From assembly GCA_050298595.1 (NCBI GenBank), contig JBNKUM010000085.1:83971-147970 (forward strand): a DNA stretch of 64,000 nucleotides, in the 5' to 3' direction. Shown here piece after piece: positions 1 through 10,495 of this stretch. The stretch comes from Gammaproteobacteria bacterium. Its GTDB lineage: Bacteria > Pseudomonadota > Gammaproteobacteria > GCA-001735895. The notes beneath the pieces are model-generated. The model made no database searches, was not told the DNA's origin, and was given only the letters and a program-made list of their open reading frames with translations. A program made the position numbers and the translations under genes. Every line of letters starts with the position of its first letter. Positions within the stretch are counted from its first letter, which is position 1.

Positions 1-1
1 T

Positions 2-205
2 CTGTTTGGTGAATTTAGCATCGCAGATTGCATGTTCGCCCCAATGGCCTCTCGCTTTAATACTTACCGACCTGAACTCAGTGAGACCAGTCAAAACTAC
101 GTCAAATCCGTAATTAATAATCCCGCTATGCAACAATGGTACGCACAGGCTGCTCAGGAAACAGAGGTACTAGAGAAAGAAGAAGCCGGTCAACCTCGAA
201 TCTAA
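2..205 (+). CDS. 3' end of a glutathione S-transferase family protein (partial; continues upstream of window)
   Basis: In-frame translation from position 2 gives ...FGEFSIADCMFAPMASRFNTYRPEL..., typical of a GST C-terminal domain. Stop codon at 203-205. Confidence 0.45.
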   Translation: MFGEFSIADCMFAPMASRFNTYRPELSETSQNYVKSVINNPAMQQWYAQAAQETEVLEKEEAGQPRI

Positions 206-215
206 CCTGGCCTGT

Positions 216-2012
216 ATGTCAGTCAGAAAATCTTCCAAAATCATTACCCTGACCGGGGTTCTACTGATGTTATCGGTAGCTTCCTGGGTCAGCTATGTGC
301 TGAGCTGGCGCAGTGGAATTGATCAACTAAGCGCGCATAATCAGCAGCAACTGGAACAATTTGTAGGCCACCTTGAATCCCAACTGGCGCGCTTTCAATT
401 TATCCCCGAGTTGATTGCCAAAAACCAGCTGCTAATTGAAGCGCTCAACGACCCTGGAAATAGCGCGCGCATGAATCTGGTGAATCACTTTCTCGAGGAA
501 GTAAATATCATAACCGGCGCATCAGATACTTATCTTATGGATAAAGGGGGCATGACCCTGGCTGCCAGCAACTGGCAGGAAAAACCCACTTTTGTCGGAC
601 GCAATTTCAGTTTCCGTCCTTACTTCATCGAAGCTATGCAAGGTAAGCGAGGGCATTACTTCGCACTCGGCACTACCTCTGGTGAACGTGGATATTATTT
701 TGCATACCCGCTGGTTTATGCCGCTGAAGTGATTGGCGTCATCGTGCTTAAAATGGATCTTACTCATATCGAACAACGCTGGTCAAATCGTGAAACTCAA
801 TTCATGGTAGTAGATGATGATGGCATCATATTTATAACCACTCAGCCAGACTGGCTGTATCACAGCATTCATCCTTTATCACAGCAAAAAGTAGAACAGA
901 TCTTATCCAGTCGTCGCTATGGCGATATCCGCATCAAACCAATGAGCTATCAAACCAGCCCCTTATCTTTTGAGCAAAACATCATCACCCAGATAGTCAG
1001 CCCAGCAACTGAAAAACCACAACAGTACCTGACACACAGCTACGCTATGCCAAAAGCTGGCTGGACCGTCTACATTCTGGCACCTTTAGATAAAACCAAT
1101 CAGGGCAGTGTCATTGCCATGATTATCATACTGTTAATTGGAATACTAATGATACTGACCGCGGCACTGACCTGGCAAAGACGCCGCAGACGACAGGAGC
1201 GTGATCGTTTTCAACTTGAATCTCAGAAAAAACTGGAGCAGGAAGTCAGCATACGCACAGCCGATCTGGTGAATGAAATCGAGGAGCATAAGCATACCGA
1301 ACAAATTCTACGCGACACTCAGCATGAATTAATCCAGACTGCTAAACTTGCGGTTCTAGGTCAGATGTCAGCCAGCATTAGTCATGAATTGAATAACCCC
1401 CTGGCTGCCATTCGCAGCTATGCCGATAATGCACGACAATTCCTCAACCTGAATAAAATCACTCAGGCCGATGAAAACCTGTCACGCATTGCTGATCTCA
1501 CTGAACGCATGGGAAAAATCAGTTCACAGCTAAAATTCTTTGCGCGCAAATCTAGTGGCAACCTGGAAACTGTGTTCATCGAATATGTCATTCAGAGCTC
1601 TATCGATATTACTTCGCCACAACGAAAAAATTCCAGTATCAAATTTTTTACCGATAATATTCAAGCTGGATTGAGCGTACGAGCAGATCATATTCAACTG
1701 GAACAGGTACTGGTCAACCTGATCAATAATGCAGTAAATGCATTAAGCAATCAGCAGCAGGGAGAAGTTCATATCTCTACCGAGAAAATGAATACTCAGG
1801 TGATGATACATGTGGCAGATAATGGTCCTGGCATCGATGAAGACAATCTTGAATGCATCTTTGACCCGTTTTTTACCACACGCAAGTCCGGCCTTGGTCT
1901 TGGCCTGTCTATTTCCTCCAGAATTATCGACAGTATGAATGGTAAACTATCAGCAGTTAATCAAAAACAGGGCGGCGCATGTTTTAGCATTGCCTTACCC
2001 AGCGCGGAGTAA
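216..2012 (+). CDS. Sensor histidine kinase, DctB/NtrB-like, with N-terminal TM, periplasmic sensor region and second TM
   Basis: 598 aa ORF. H-box [13 protein letters not shown]-box region NLINNAV...DNGPGI...GLGLGLS. Coiled-coil linker. Immediately followed by a sigma-54 activator gene. Confidence 0.8.
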   Translation: MSVRKSSKIITLTGVLLMLSVASWVSYVLSWRSGIDQLSAHNQQQLEQFVGHLESQLARFQFIPELIAKNQLLIEALNDPGNSARMNLVNHFLEEVNIITGASDTYLMDKGGMTLAASNWQEKPTFVGRNFSFRPYFIEAMQGKRGHYFALGTTSGERGYYFAYPLVYAAEVIGVIVLKMDLTHIEQRWSNRETQFMVVDDDGIIFITTQPDWLYHSIHPLSQQKVEQILSSRRYGDIRIKPMSYQTSPLSFEQNIITQIVSPATEKPQQYLTHSYAMPKAGWTVYILAPLDKTNQGSVIAMIIILLIGILMILTAALTWQRRRRRQERDRFQLESQKKLEQEVSIRTADLVNEIEEHKHTEQILRDTQHELIQTAKLAVLGQMSASISHELNNPLAAIRSYADNARQFLNLNKITQADENLSRIADLTERMGKISSQLKFFARKSSGNLETVFIEYVIQSSIDITSPQRKNSSIKFFTDNIQAGLSVRADHIQLEQVLVNLINNAVNALSNQQQGEVHISTEKMNTQVMIHVADNGPGIDEDNLECIFDPFFTTRKSGLGLGLSISSRIIDSMNGKLSAVNQKQGGACFSIALPSAE

Positions 2013-2016
2013 AAAG

Positions 2017-3366
2017 ATGTCACAGCAGGCAGAAGTATTCTTTATCGACGATGAACAGGATTTGCGCCTGGCCAATGAGCAGACCCTGCAACTGGCAGGC
2101 CTGTCGGTTGAGTTGTTTGAAAAAGCCGAAGATGCCTTACCCTTACTGGATAAAAACTGGACTGGCGTAGTCGTCTGCGATATACGCTTACCCGGCATGG
2201 ATGGCCTGAGTCTGCTCAATCAAACCCAGCTGATGGACAAAGATTTACCGGTGATCTTAATCACTGGACACGGCGATATATCGATGGCAGTAGATGCCAT
2301 GCAAAAGGGTGCCTACGACTTTATCGAAAAGCCATTTTCTGCTGAACGCTTACTGGATACGGTTCGCCGCGCACTGGAAAAGCGCCGTCTGACTCTGGAG
2401 AACCGAAAACTCAAAAGCGAATTACAGGTTCAGGATGTACTCGGCCCCAGGATTATTGGTAAAACTCCTGTGATTCAGGCACTTCGGGACACCATCAATC
2501 AACTTGCGGATACCCGTGCAGATATTCTGTTATTGGGCGAAACCGGTACTGGCAAGGAATTAGTAGCGCGCTCCTTACACGAACAAAGCAGTCGGCGTGA
2601 TAAAAACTTCGTTGCGGTCAATTGTGGCGCGATCCCCGAAAACCTGATCGAAAGCGAATTATTCGGCCACCAGAAAGGTGCCTTTACCGGCGCGGAAACC
2701 GAGCGTATTGGCAAGTTTGAATACGCCGAAGGCGGCACAGTTTTTCTGGATGAAATTGAATCCATGCCCTTACCCGCTCAGGTACGCCTGTTAAGGGTAT
2801 TACAGGAACGAGCGCTAGAAAGGCTAGGCTCTAATGAATCCATTCAGCTGGATATTCGAATCATTGCAGCCAGTAAGGTCGATCTTCGCCAGGCTTCAGA
2901 TGCAGGAACCTTTCGTGAAGATCTGTATTACCGTTTGAATGTAGTCACCCTCGAACTACCCCCATTACGCGAGCGGCGCGAAGATATTCCCCGATTATTC
3001 CAGCACTTCCTGTTAGTTGCCTCTGCCCGTTACGGTAAAGAAGCACCTGCCATGCCACCCCAGATTAGCCAGAAACTAATGGCATTCAACTGGCCTGGCA
3101 ATGTGCGTGAACTGCGTAATACCGCCGAGCGCTATGTATTACTTGGGGACGGATGTGGCTTAAAACTGGATGACTCGTCGCAGGCACCCTTTTCCGCTAT
3201 GACCCTGCCCGAACATGTTGAGGCCTTTGAACGAGCGCTGATAGAACAGGCTCTGTCTGAAAGTGGAGGCATTATCAAAAACACCATGGAATTACTCGGA
3301 CTGGCACGCAAGACCCTGTACGACAAAATGCAGAAATATGGGCTGGATAAAACCGCGTATAAATGA
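2017..3366 (+). CDS. Sigma-54-dependent response regulator (NtrC/DctD family)
   Basis: Receiver domain (FFIDDEQDLR...VVCDIRLPGMDG). AAA+ sigma-54 interaction domain (GETGTGKELVARSLH, GAFTGA, ESELFGH). C-terminal Fis-type HTH. Start moved to ATG 2017 (MSQQAEVFF), preceded by AAAAAG; the longer ORF overlaps the kinase gene. Confidence 0.85.
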   Translation: MSQQAEVFFIDDEQDLRLANEQTLQLAGLSVELFEKAEDALPLLDKNWTGVVVCDIRLPGMDGLSLLNQTQLMDKDLPVILITGHGDISMAVDAMQKGAYDFIEKPFSAERLLDTVRRALEKRRLTLENRKLKSELQVQDVLGPRIIGKTPVIQALRDTINQLADTRADILLLGETGTGKELVARSLHEQSSRRDKNFVAVNCGAIPENLIESELFGHQKGAFTGAETERIGKFEYAEGGTVFLDEIESMPLPAQVRLLRVLQERALERLGSNESIQLDIRIIAASKVDLRQASDAGTFREDLYYRLNVVTLELPPLRERREDIPRLFQHFLLVASARYGKEAPAMPPQISQKLMAFNWPGNVRELRNTAERYVLLGDGCGLKLDDSSQAPFSAMTLPEHVEAFERALIEQALSESGGIIKNTMELLGLARKTLYDKMQKYGLDKTAYK

Positions 3367-3370
3367 GCCG

Positions 3371-4006
3371 TCAGCTAGCTGTGTGTGCGGCAACCCATAG
3401 TTGAATCAGACGCATGCCAGAGTGCTGTATACTATCACCAAACAGGATTACCCCGTCCTCATGGCCGCCCATTATTAGCGTGTCACATTCAATGAGTTTG
3501 CTGTGCTGATACAGACGCTGCACTTCCTGAGCCATTTTTACTGTACCATATTCCACATCGGCTGCAGTTGTCGGATAGCCATGTTGTAACCCGAATTGCC
3601 ACAACAACGGATCATGAATATGGAACACGCTCTGGATAGCAGGGTTTAGTTGATAAATCATTGCGTGACTTAACGCCTCAGAAGAAGGTGGTAAACAACC
3701 CAACGCCTGTATTCGATTGCTAGCAATATCAAAAGCTTCAACCAGAGTGTAATGCGAGGCATCCAGCTTTGGCACAGACCCGGTCTGCGATGCCGAAATG
3801 ATAAATTGTTCTGTTTTCTCAACACATCTCTGGCTGAGATTTCCGAATCCATAGCCCAGATAACGGTCTTCCTGCTGTCCAATCAAACCCAGACCATACA
3901 TTATTGAGCGCCAGTAATTTAGCTCACTAAGGTCCTGCTGTACAGGCTCTGATGCCTTAAAATCAAGCCGATACTTAATGACGCCTTCTGATTCCTGCAC
4001 AGACAA
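3371..4006 (-). CDS. Class II aldolase/adducin-family protein
   Basis: GNLSQR...IISASQTG (class-II aldolase N-terminal motif), HIHDP and GGHEDGVILFGDS (metal-ligand His motifs). 211 aa. Confidence 0.5.
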   Translation of the reverse strand: MSVQESEGVIKYRLDFKASEPVQQDLSELNYWRSIMYGLGLIGQQEDRYLGYGFGNLSQRCVEKTEQFIISASQTGSVPKLDASHYTLVEAFDIASNRIQALGCLPPSSEALSHAMIYQLNPAIQSVFHIHDPLLWQFGLQHGYPTTAADVEYGTVKMAQEVQRLYQHSKLIECDTLIMGGHEDGVILFGDSIQHSGMRLIQLWVAAHTAS

Positions 4007-4170
4007 ACACCTCGGATATTAGTAAACTATTTCAAAAAAACCACATTATTTGTCTGAGAACTGACATAGGTCAATTAAATTATTTTAAGGGGTCGGAACC
4101 CTTAATTGCCGAGTGTGACCACTTGATATACACTATAGCATCATTTACATATCAGCAAGAGGATTACGCG

Positions 4171-4863
4171 ATGCCGAGAAAACCGAGATTTTATCTTCCG
4201 AATTACCCAGTGCATATCGTTCAACGTGGACATAACAAGAACAATGTATTTTTTGAACCTGATGATTACAAAGTATACCTTGACTGGTTACAGGAAGGTT
4301 CAGAATGGTACGAAGTTCCAATTCATGCCTATGCTTTACTTCCCAATGAGATTCATATTCTGGCCTCTCCAGGCGATAAAGAATCTGCCAGCCGCATGAT
4401 GCAATACCAGGGGCGTAGATACGTTCCATACATCAATAGCACCTATGACAAGACAGGCACTATCTGGCAAGGCCGCTACAAGGCCAGCCTGATCGACCCT
4501 GATACTTATCTGGTTAACTGCATGCTACATATTGAAAGCCTGCCAGTTAAAGAAGGGTTAGCTAAATCACCTGCGCCTTACAAATGGTCTAGTCACAAAG
4601 CTAATGCTCAGGGTAAAAAGAATGCATTGATCACCCCTCATGCTGCTTTTAAGGCTCTAGCCAAAGGTGATGCCAAGCGCATGGAAAAATATACGGCCAT
4701 GGCCAAGACCGGATTGTCAGATGAAATCAATACCAATATTCAGGATGCCTGGCAAACTGGCACGCCATTGGGTTCTGATAAATTCAAAGCCATGGTAGAG
4801 CAAAAGCTGAATATCAAAGTGGGCCACTCTAAACGCGGTCGCCCACGTAAAAGCGCAGCCTGA
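4171..4863 (+). CDS. IS200/IS605-family Y1 transposase-like protein (REP-associated tyrosine transposase, RAYT/COG1943 type)
   Basis: MPRKPRFYLPNYPVHIVQRGHNKNNVFFEPDDYKVYLDWL...YALLPNEIHIL...IWQGRYKASLI are the hallmark HxH / Y1-transposase motifs. Basic C-terminal tail (KRGRPRK). Start taken at ATG 4171 downstream of AGAGGA. Confidence 0.7.
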   Translation: MPRKPRFYLPNYPVHIVQRGHNKNNVFFEPDDYKVYLDWLQEGSEWYEVPIHAYALLPNEIHILASPGDKESASRMMQYQGRRYVPYINSTYDKTGTIWQGRYKASLIDPDTYLVNCMLHIESLPVKEGLAKSPAPYKWSSHKANAQGKKNALITPHAAFKALAKGDAKRMEKYTAMAKTGLSDEINTNIQDAWQTGTPLGSDKFKAMVEQKLNIKVGHSKRGRPRKSAA

Positions 4864-4883
4864 TATTGTACTATCAGCACCAC

Positions 4884-4917
4884 AAAAAAGGCGCCGCTCG
4901 ATTGACCGGCGCCTTTT
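4884..4917. terminator. Bidirectional rho-independent terminator between convergent genes
   Basis: AAAAAAGGCGCCG-ctcgattgac-CGGCGCCTTTT: 7-10 bp GC stem flanked by an A-run and a T-run. Confidence 0.6.
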
Positions 4918-4940
4918 AATGTCAGTTATAAGAAGTGTCG

Positions 4941-5993
4941 TTAGAGCATAGGGGGCTCTTCATTAATATCATCATCATACTGGGGGTTATGCTCTTCCTG
5001 AAACACCTCGACCATTTCTGCAGCACTATCCGGCTCACTAAAAATGGCTATATGAAATAGAGCCTCTCCTTCGTTCACCAATGGCAGGTTAGTTCGACCA
5101 ATCACTATACCGGATGCAGTCGCCAGCACTGCTTGCTCATGTTTTCCCAATGGGTCAGATACCCAGCCGATAACTGCTTTCTTCCTTACCTGGGTACCAA
5201 GTGCAACTATAGATCGTAAGATACCGCTTTGAGGCGCTCGTACCCATAAAGTATTGTTCGCAATCAGCGGCTCTGACATAGCCGTTCGTTTTTTCCTGGA
5301 TGCTGGCAGCATGCCTAAATATCGCATCACACGGGTAATACCTGTAACTCCGGCACGAATGGATAGCTCATTGAATCTCAGCGCTTCACCTGCTTCATAA
5401 AGTAAAACAGGGATACCATCCTCAGCCACAGCTTCACGTAATGAACCATCGCGTAACTCAGCATTAATGATCACTGGCGCACCGAATGCCCGGGCCATTT
5501 CTTCAGTTTGTATAGAGTTATGTACCTTAGCCCTTACTTGCGGCAGATTTTCGCGCCCCTGAGCACCGGTATGGAGGTCAATCCCGTGGGTACATTGCCT
5601 GACTACTTCATGCATAAAGGTATACGCCAGGCGGGCAGCCATCGACCCCTTTTCTGAGCCTGGAAATGAACGGTTTAGATCACGACGATCTGGAAGATAT
5701 CTCGATCGCGTAATGAACCCATACACATTCACCACCGGCACCACAATGAGTGCGCCCTTAATCTTATAGATATTTTTTTTCAGCAGTAACCTGCGAATAA
5801 TTTCAACACCATTAATTTCATCACCGTGAATGGCGGCACTTACAAAAAGTACTGATCCATTACGCTTTCCGTTGATGACATACACCGGCATAGAAACGGG
5901 TGAATGCGAATACAGCTCAGGTAAGGGAATTTCGATAGATTGATGCTGCCCGGGTTCAACCTTTATACCACCCAGAATGATGGTGCCTGGCAT
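4941..5993 (-). CDS. Succinylglutamate desuccinylase/aspartoacylase (M14-like) family protein, RimK-associated
   Basis: AAIHGDEING...DLNRSFPG...HTG motifs of the AstE/AspA zinc-deacylase family. Immediately downstream of rimK in the same orientation. Confidence 0.7.
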   Translation of the reverse strand: MPGTIILGGIKVEPGQHQSIEIPLPELYSHSPVSMPVYVINGKRNGSVLFVSAAIHGDEINGVEIIRRLLLKKNIYKIKGALIVVPVVNVYGFITRSRYLPDRRDLNRSFPGSEKGSMAARLAYTFMHEVVRQCTHGIDLHTGAQGRENLPQVRAKVHNSIQTEEMARAFGAPVIINAELRDGSLREAVAEDGIPVLLYEAGEALRFNELSIRAGVTGITRVMRYLGMLPASRKKRTAMSEPLIANNTLWVRAPQSGILRSIVALGTQVRKKAVIGWVSDPLGKHEQAVLATASGIVIGRTNLPLVNEGEALFHIAIFSEPDSAAEMVEVFQEEHNPQYDDDINEEPPML

Positions 5994-5996
5994 GGC

Positions 5997-6902
5997 TCAC
6001 CCCTTACCCTTGGTTGCAGTTCGTCCCTGTTTGCTGTTAGTTTCGAGAAATCCAATAATCATCCCGGCAACATCCTTGCCAGTAGCTTCTTCAATGCCCT
6101 GTAGTCCAGGAGATGAATTTACTTCCATCACCACTGGACCGTGATTCGAGCGTAATAAGTCAACACCGGCGACATTCAATCCCATGATTTTGGCTGCGCG
6201 TACTGCTGTTGAGCGCTCTTCGGGTGTAATGCGAATCAGTGTCGCAGAACCACCTCTATGCAGGTTAGAGCGGAATTCACCCGCCACCGCCTGTCGTTTC
6301 ATTGCAGCGACTACCTTTCCGCCAATGATAAAACAACGAATATCTGCACCGCCGGCTTCCTTGATATATTCCTGCACCAGAATATCCGCCTTCACGCCCA
6401 TAAAACCTTCGATCACACTTTCGGCTGCTTTCTGGGTTTCTGCCAGCACCACACCTATACCTTGAGTACCCTGCAATAATTTAATCACCAGCGGTGCACC
6501 ACCAACCATTTTAATAAGATCTTTAATATCGTCTGGCTTGTTTGCAAAACCGGTAACTGGCATGCCGATACCGCGTCTCGACAGTAACTGCATGGAACGT
6601 AATTTATCTCTGGAACGGGTAATCGCAACTGATTCATTCAAAGGATATACCCCTCCCATTTCAAACTGCCGTACTACTGAAGTACCATAGAAAGTCACTG
6701 ATGCACCAATACGTGGAATTACTGCATCAAACCCTGTTAATTCTTCGCTTCGATAATGAATGGTGGGCTTATGCGAGGCGATATTCATATAGCATCGTAA
6801 TACATCGATGGTTTGAATTTCATGACCTCGTGCCTTTGCCGCCTCTACCAGACGACGGGTCGAGTAGAGATTCTTATTTCTCGATAATAGTGCAATTTTC
6901 AT
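5997..6902 (-). CDS. rimK: Ribosomal protein S6--L-glutamate ligase RimK (ATP-grasp)
   Basis: [18 protein letters not shown]... closely resembles E. coli RimK (MKIAILSRDGTLYSCKRL). ATP-grasp motifs. Start set at the internal ATG (6902) rather than the longer ORF start at 6977. Confidence 0.85.
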   Translation of the reverse strand: MKIALLSRNKNLYSTRRLVEAAKARGHEIQTIDVLRCYMNIASHKPTIHYRSEELTGFDAVIPRIGASVTFYGTSVVRQFEMGGVYPLNESVAITRSRDKLRSMQLLSRRGIGMPVTGFANKPDDIKDLIKMVGGAPLVIKLLQGTQGIGVVLAETQKAAESVIEGFMGVKADILVQEYIKEAGGADIRCFIIGGKVVAAMKRQAVAGEFRSNLHRGGSATLIRITPEERSTAVRAAKIMGLNVAGVDLLRSNHGPVVMEVNSSPGLQGIEEATGKDVAGMIIGFLETNSKQGRTATKGKG

Positions 6903-6939
6903 AGTACTTATTCCGCAATATGCGTTGAATTTTGAATTT

Positions 6940-7398
6940 CTAGATGCTGTACAAAGCAACTGCGTCCACTCTGCCACATAAGAAAGAGGCCGCTGGATCT
7001 ACCACAATATTTTTCTCCATCGCCTCGCGCCCCAAAAGCATACGAAAGCGCATACTGTCACGGTTGGTGAGTGTTAGCTGTATAGGTATTTTTAGTTCAG
7101 CAAGTTGCATATGTGTTTCTATCACATAGCGCATTTCCCTATGTCCACCCGAATCGGTAACCTGACGCTGATCCAGTAACGGGGCTTCACACTCTACGAC
7201 TAATGAATTGTTTTTCTGCAAAGGATGCATCTTAAAACGCACATAATCCTTACCTGATCTCTGGAAAGGATCAACCTGAAACGCATGCAAAGCTGAAGTT
7301 TTTGCGCCAGTATCCACCTTGGCCTTTATCGCGGGCAAGCCCAAATCAGGTAATGCCAGCCATTCGCGCCAGCCCACAGTAAGTAGACTATTCATCAA
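6940..7398 (-). CDS. RimK-associated ATP-dependent zinc protease (retropepsin-like, DUF785)
   Basis: 152 aa, ...[33 protein letters not shown]... Conserved partner directly upstream of rimK. Confidence 0.65.
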   Translation of the reverse strand: MMNSLLTVGWREWLALPDLGLPAIKAKVDTGAKTSALHAFQVDPFQRSGKDYVRFKMHPLQKNNSLVVECEAPLLDQRQVTDSGGHREMRYVIETHMQLAELKIPIQLTLTNRDSMRFRMLLGREAMEKNIVVDPAASFLCGRVDAVALYSI

Positions 7399-7435
7399 TA
7401 TTTACCAGGTTTAAATGCGTTTTTTAGCGCTCAGG

Positions 7436-8356
7436 TTATTCCCATTCCAGTTCAGTATACACCTTCAAGGCGTTACGACCGGCTAAGGTATCGAAGTTTG
7501 ATAAATAGCTGAATTCACTGAAATCCAGCTGTGCAATATCGCTAGCATCACCACCCTCCTGCATAAAAGCAGAGACTTTATCTCGTAGTGCTAACAGATA
7601 AAGATAGGTGTCTTTTTTGGCTACCGCGAGAGCAACAGGGTGTCCATGGCCGGGTACTACATGCTCGGGTTTATAGGCTGCCATCGATTCAAATACCTGC
7701 ACCCAGCTCTTGCTATTAGACTGCTCGCCTACACCCAGCATGCGTTCGACATAAACAATATCACCACTAAACATGACCGATCGATCAGCTAGCCAGATAT
7801 AAGCATCGCCCGGGGTATGTGCCTGTCCTACATGATGAATCTCGAACTTAACTCCACCCAGAATCAGTTCATAATCTTTTTCAAACAGGATATCGGCAAA
7901 CTTTTCCTCAGTGCCTATGAATTTCTCATCGCCAATAAGAGAGGTCAGGTAACTTATCTGGTTACTCACTCGCTGCTGGTGATCAGCTCGCGCATCTTTA
8001 CTGGAAATAATTTTGGCACCCTGAGCGCTGAAATAACTATTACCGAACCAGCGATGATCCTGACCGCCGCTATTGATGACATAGCGCACAGGTTTATCGG
8101 TGACTTTTTTTATCGCCTGATGGATTCTTTGAGCGCCCAGAAAGCTACCGCCAGAATCGATTAATACTACACCCTCGCTAGTGACAACAAAACCAAAGGT
8201 GGCATTATTACCCAGATTCTGTGGTGTTCGATTAGTAATCGGACCCACCAGGGCATACACATTTTTTGCGACCTTAACCAGTTCCAGGTCATCGGCCTGA
8301 GCGACTGAAACAGTCATCAGCGCCAGGAACAAAATACATTGAATGAAAAACCTCAT
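7436..8356 (-). CDS. Secreted metallo-beta-lactamase-fold hydrolase
   Basis: Signal peptide (MRFFIQCILFLALMTVSVAQA). MBL-fold motifs HVGQAHTPGD and PGHG. Confidence 0.65.
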   Translation of the reverse strand: MRFFIQCILFLALMTVSVAQADDLELVKVAKNVYALVGPITNRTPQNLGNNATFGFVVTSEGVVLIDSGGSFLGAQRIHQAIKKVTDKPVRYVINSGGQDHRWFGNSYFSAQGAKIISSKDARADHQQRVSNQISYLTSLIGDEKFIGTEEKFADILFEKDYELILGGVKFEIHHVGQAHTPGDAYIWLADRSVMFSGDIVYVERMLGVGEQSNSKSWVQVFESMAAYKPEHVVPGHGHPVALAVAKKDTYLYLLALRDKVSAFMQEGGDASDIAQLDFSEFSYLSNFDTLAGRNALKVYTELEWE

Positions 8357-8460
8357 CTTTAAATACCTTTATTTTTCTAGTTAAAAGATTGTAAGCTATT
8401 TTTCAATTGCTGGCAGAATCACTCTACCTGCTTTTATGGGTGTGACAATATTTTTTCTGA

Positions 8461-8490
8461 GCAAAAAAAAACCGGGCTTCAAGCCCGGCT
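8461..8490 (-). terminator. Rho-independent terminator downstream of rpsT
   Basis: On the minus strand: CCGGGCTTGAAGCCCGG hairpin followed by a U9 run. Confidence 0.6.
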
Positions 8491-8513
8491 TCTTCGAGAT
8501 TAAATCTGTTAGC

Positions 8514-8774
8514 TTACATTGCCTTGATCTGAGCATTTAGACGGCTCTTATGACGAGCTGCCTTGTTCTTATCGATCAAACCATGTTGCGCTGAGCGATC
8601 CAGTACAGGAACCGCTTTCTTATAAGCAGATTCAGCGGCAGTTTTGTCGCTGCTGGCAATCGCGTTAACTACAGCCTTAAGATAGGTACGCATCATTGAA
8701 CGACGACTAGCGTTGTTTTTACGACGGACTTCTGCCTGACGGGCGCGTTTTTTAGCTGATTGGATGTTGGCCAA
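8514..8774 (-). CDS. rpsT: 30S ribosomal protein S20
   Basis: [20 protein letters not shown]... is canonical S20. Start assigned to a TTG at 8772-8774 preceded by GGAG; the longer ORF extension is not S20-like. Confidence 0.9.
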   Translation of the reverse strand: MANIQSAKKRARQAEVRRKNNASRRSMMRTYLKAVVNAIASSDKTAAESAYKKAVPVLDRSAQHGLIDKNKAARHKSRLNAQIKAM

Positions 8775-8925
8775 GAGTATCTCCTGAATTCTGCTGTGCA
8801 AAAATAAGGCGCGCATTATCTTTACCTGCGAGCCTGTTGTCAACCGTAAAAAACTAATACGGCGTTAAATTCGGTGATAAAATGCCGCGTTTTTATCTAT
8901 TCCATGCAATTTACCGAGTAAAAGA

Positions 8926-10476
8926 TTGAGCGGGCTAATCAAATCTACCTTTTCTGTGGGCTCCATGACCCTGTTATCCAGAGTACTGGGGCTGGCCAGG
9001 GATATTATCATTGCGCGCTTTTATTCGGCTGGGCTGGAGGCTGACGCCTTCTTTGTCGCGTTTAAAATCCCTAACTTCATGCGTCGCCTGTTCGCTGAAG
9101 GGGCTTTCTCGCTGGCCTTCGTGCCGGTACTCACCGAGTATAAAAACACCCGTACATTAGATGAATGTCGAAACCTGATAAATCAGATCAGCGGCACCCT
9201 GGGTTTATTACTGATTGCGATTATGACCATAGGGGTTGTGGCTTCTCCCGCTCTGGTTTACGTGGTTGCCGCTGGTTTTGTCAAACAGCCAGAGAAGTTC
9301 CAGCTTACCGCTGATCTGCTGCGCATGACCTTTCCTTATATATTTCTGATCTCCATGACTGCAATGGCCGGTGGCATTTTGAATACCTGGAAAAAGTTTG
9401 CTGCACCCGCGTTTACTCCGGTATTACTCAATCTAAGCCTGATTGGCTGTACGCTATGGCTGGCACCTGTTATGGATATTCCGGTACACGCCTTGGGCTG
9501 GGGAGTGTTAATCGCCGGTGTTGTTCAGCTCAGCTTCCAGTTGCCTTTCTTATATAAGCTCGAACTACTACCCAGGCCCGTATGGGCATGGCATCAGCCC
9601 GGCGTTCAAAAGGTCATCAAACTGATGATTCCCGCACTATTCGGCTCATCGGTAGCGCAGATAAATTTATTGTTCGATACCTTTATTGCTTCCTTTCTGG
9701 TCACCGGCTCAGTGTCCTGGCTGTATTACTCGGACCGCCTACTGGAATTCCCATTGGGTGTGTTTGGTATCGCTCTGGCAACCGTGGTGTTACCCAATCT
9801 GTCTGAATCGCACTTTAGTCAGGGCAAGGATCATTTCAACGGCATTCTGAACTGGGCGGCTCAGCTTTCGCTGATGATCTCCTTGCCCGCCGCAATCGGA
9901 CTGATGTTACTCGCGCAACCTATCCTTGCCACACTATTCCAGTATGGAGCATTCGATGAATCAGATACCTTAATGTCGAGCATGAGTCTGATGGCCTACA
10001 GCCTTGGCCTGCCGGCATTTATTCTGATCAAGATTCTGGCGAATGCCTTTTACTCACGGCAGGATAGCAAAACACCGGTTCGCATAGGTATTTTTGCCAT
10101 GCTGGTGAATATGGTGCTGAACGTCATCTTCGTGCTGTTACTGATGAACTACAGCGAGATACCTGCACATGTCGGGCTGGCACTTGCCACCACCGGTTCA
10201 GCCTACTGTAATGCCGGGCTACTAGCCTATAGCCTGAGGAAACAGCAATATCTAACCTTAAGTCGAAGCTTTTTGATCACCGTACTGAAGGTTCTGCTTG
10301 CTACTGCAGGCATGGCACTGCTACTGTTTTACATCGCTGCCGATAGCGCGCAGTGGTCACAGTGGCTGTGGGCTCAAAGGTTGCTACATTTATGCCTGTT
10401 GATTATCCCCGCCATCTTGTGCTACACCCTGCTACTCTGGATAATGGGAATTCGTCGTTCCCATCTAGTACATTAA
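8926..10476 (+). CDS. murJ: Lipid II flippase MurJ (MviN)
   Basis: 516 aa polytopic membrane protein, LLSRVLGLARDIIIARFYSAGLEADAFFVAFKIPNF... Divergent from rpsT as in E. coli. Confidence 0.9.
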   Translation: MSGLIKSTFSVGSMTLLSRVLGLARDIIIARFYSAGLEADAFFVAFKIPNFMRRLFAEGAFSLAFVPVLTEYKNTRTLDECRNLINQISGTLGLLLIAIMTIGVVASPALVYVVAAGFVKQPEKFQLTADLLRMTFPYIFLISMTAMAGGILNTWKKFAAPAFTPVLLNLSLIGCTLWLAPVMDIPVHALGWGVLIAGVVQLSFQLPFLYKLELLPRPVWAWHQPGVQKVIKLMIPALFGSSVAQINLLFDTFIASFLVTGSVSWLYYSDRLLEFPLGVFGIALATVVLPNLSESHFSQGKDHFNGILNWAAQLSLMISLPAAIGLMLLAQPILATLFQYGAFDESDTLMSSMSLMAYSLGLPAFILIKILANAFYSRQDSKTPVRIGIFAMLVNMVLNVIFVLLLMNYSEIPAHVGLALATTGSAYCNAGLLAYSLRKQQYLTLSRSFLITVLKVLLATAGMALLLFYIAADSAQWSQWLWAQRLLHLCLLIIPAILCYTLLLWIMGIRRSHLVH

Positions 10477-10495
10477 TTATTAAGCCTTCCAACGC

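Noticed and set aside
522-3326. Several antisense/out-of-frame ORFs inside the kinase and regulator genes (522-776, 1995-2219, 2499-2765, 3132-3326)
   Set aside because: Completely embedded in strongly supported genes on the opposite strand. Low-complexity translations. No RBS or homology.
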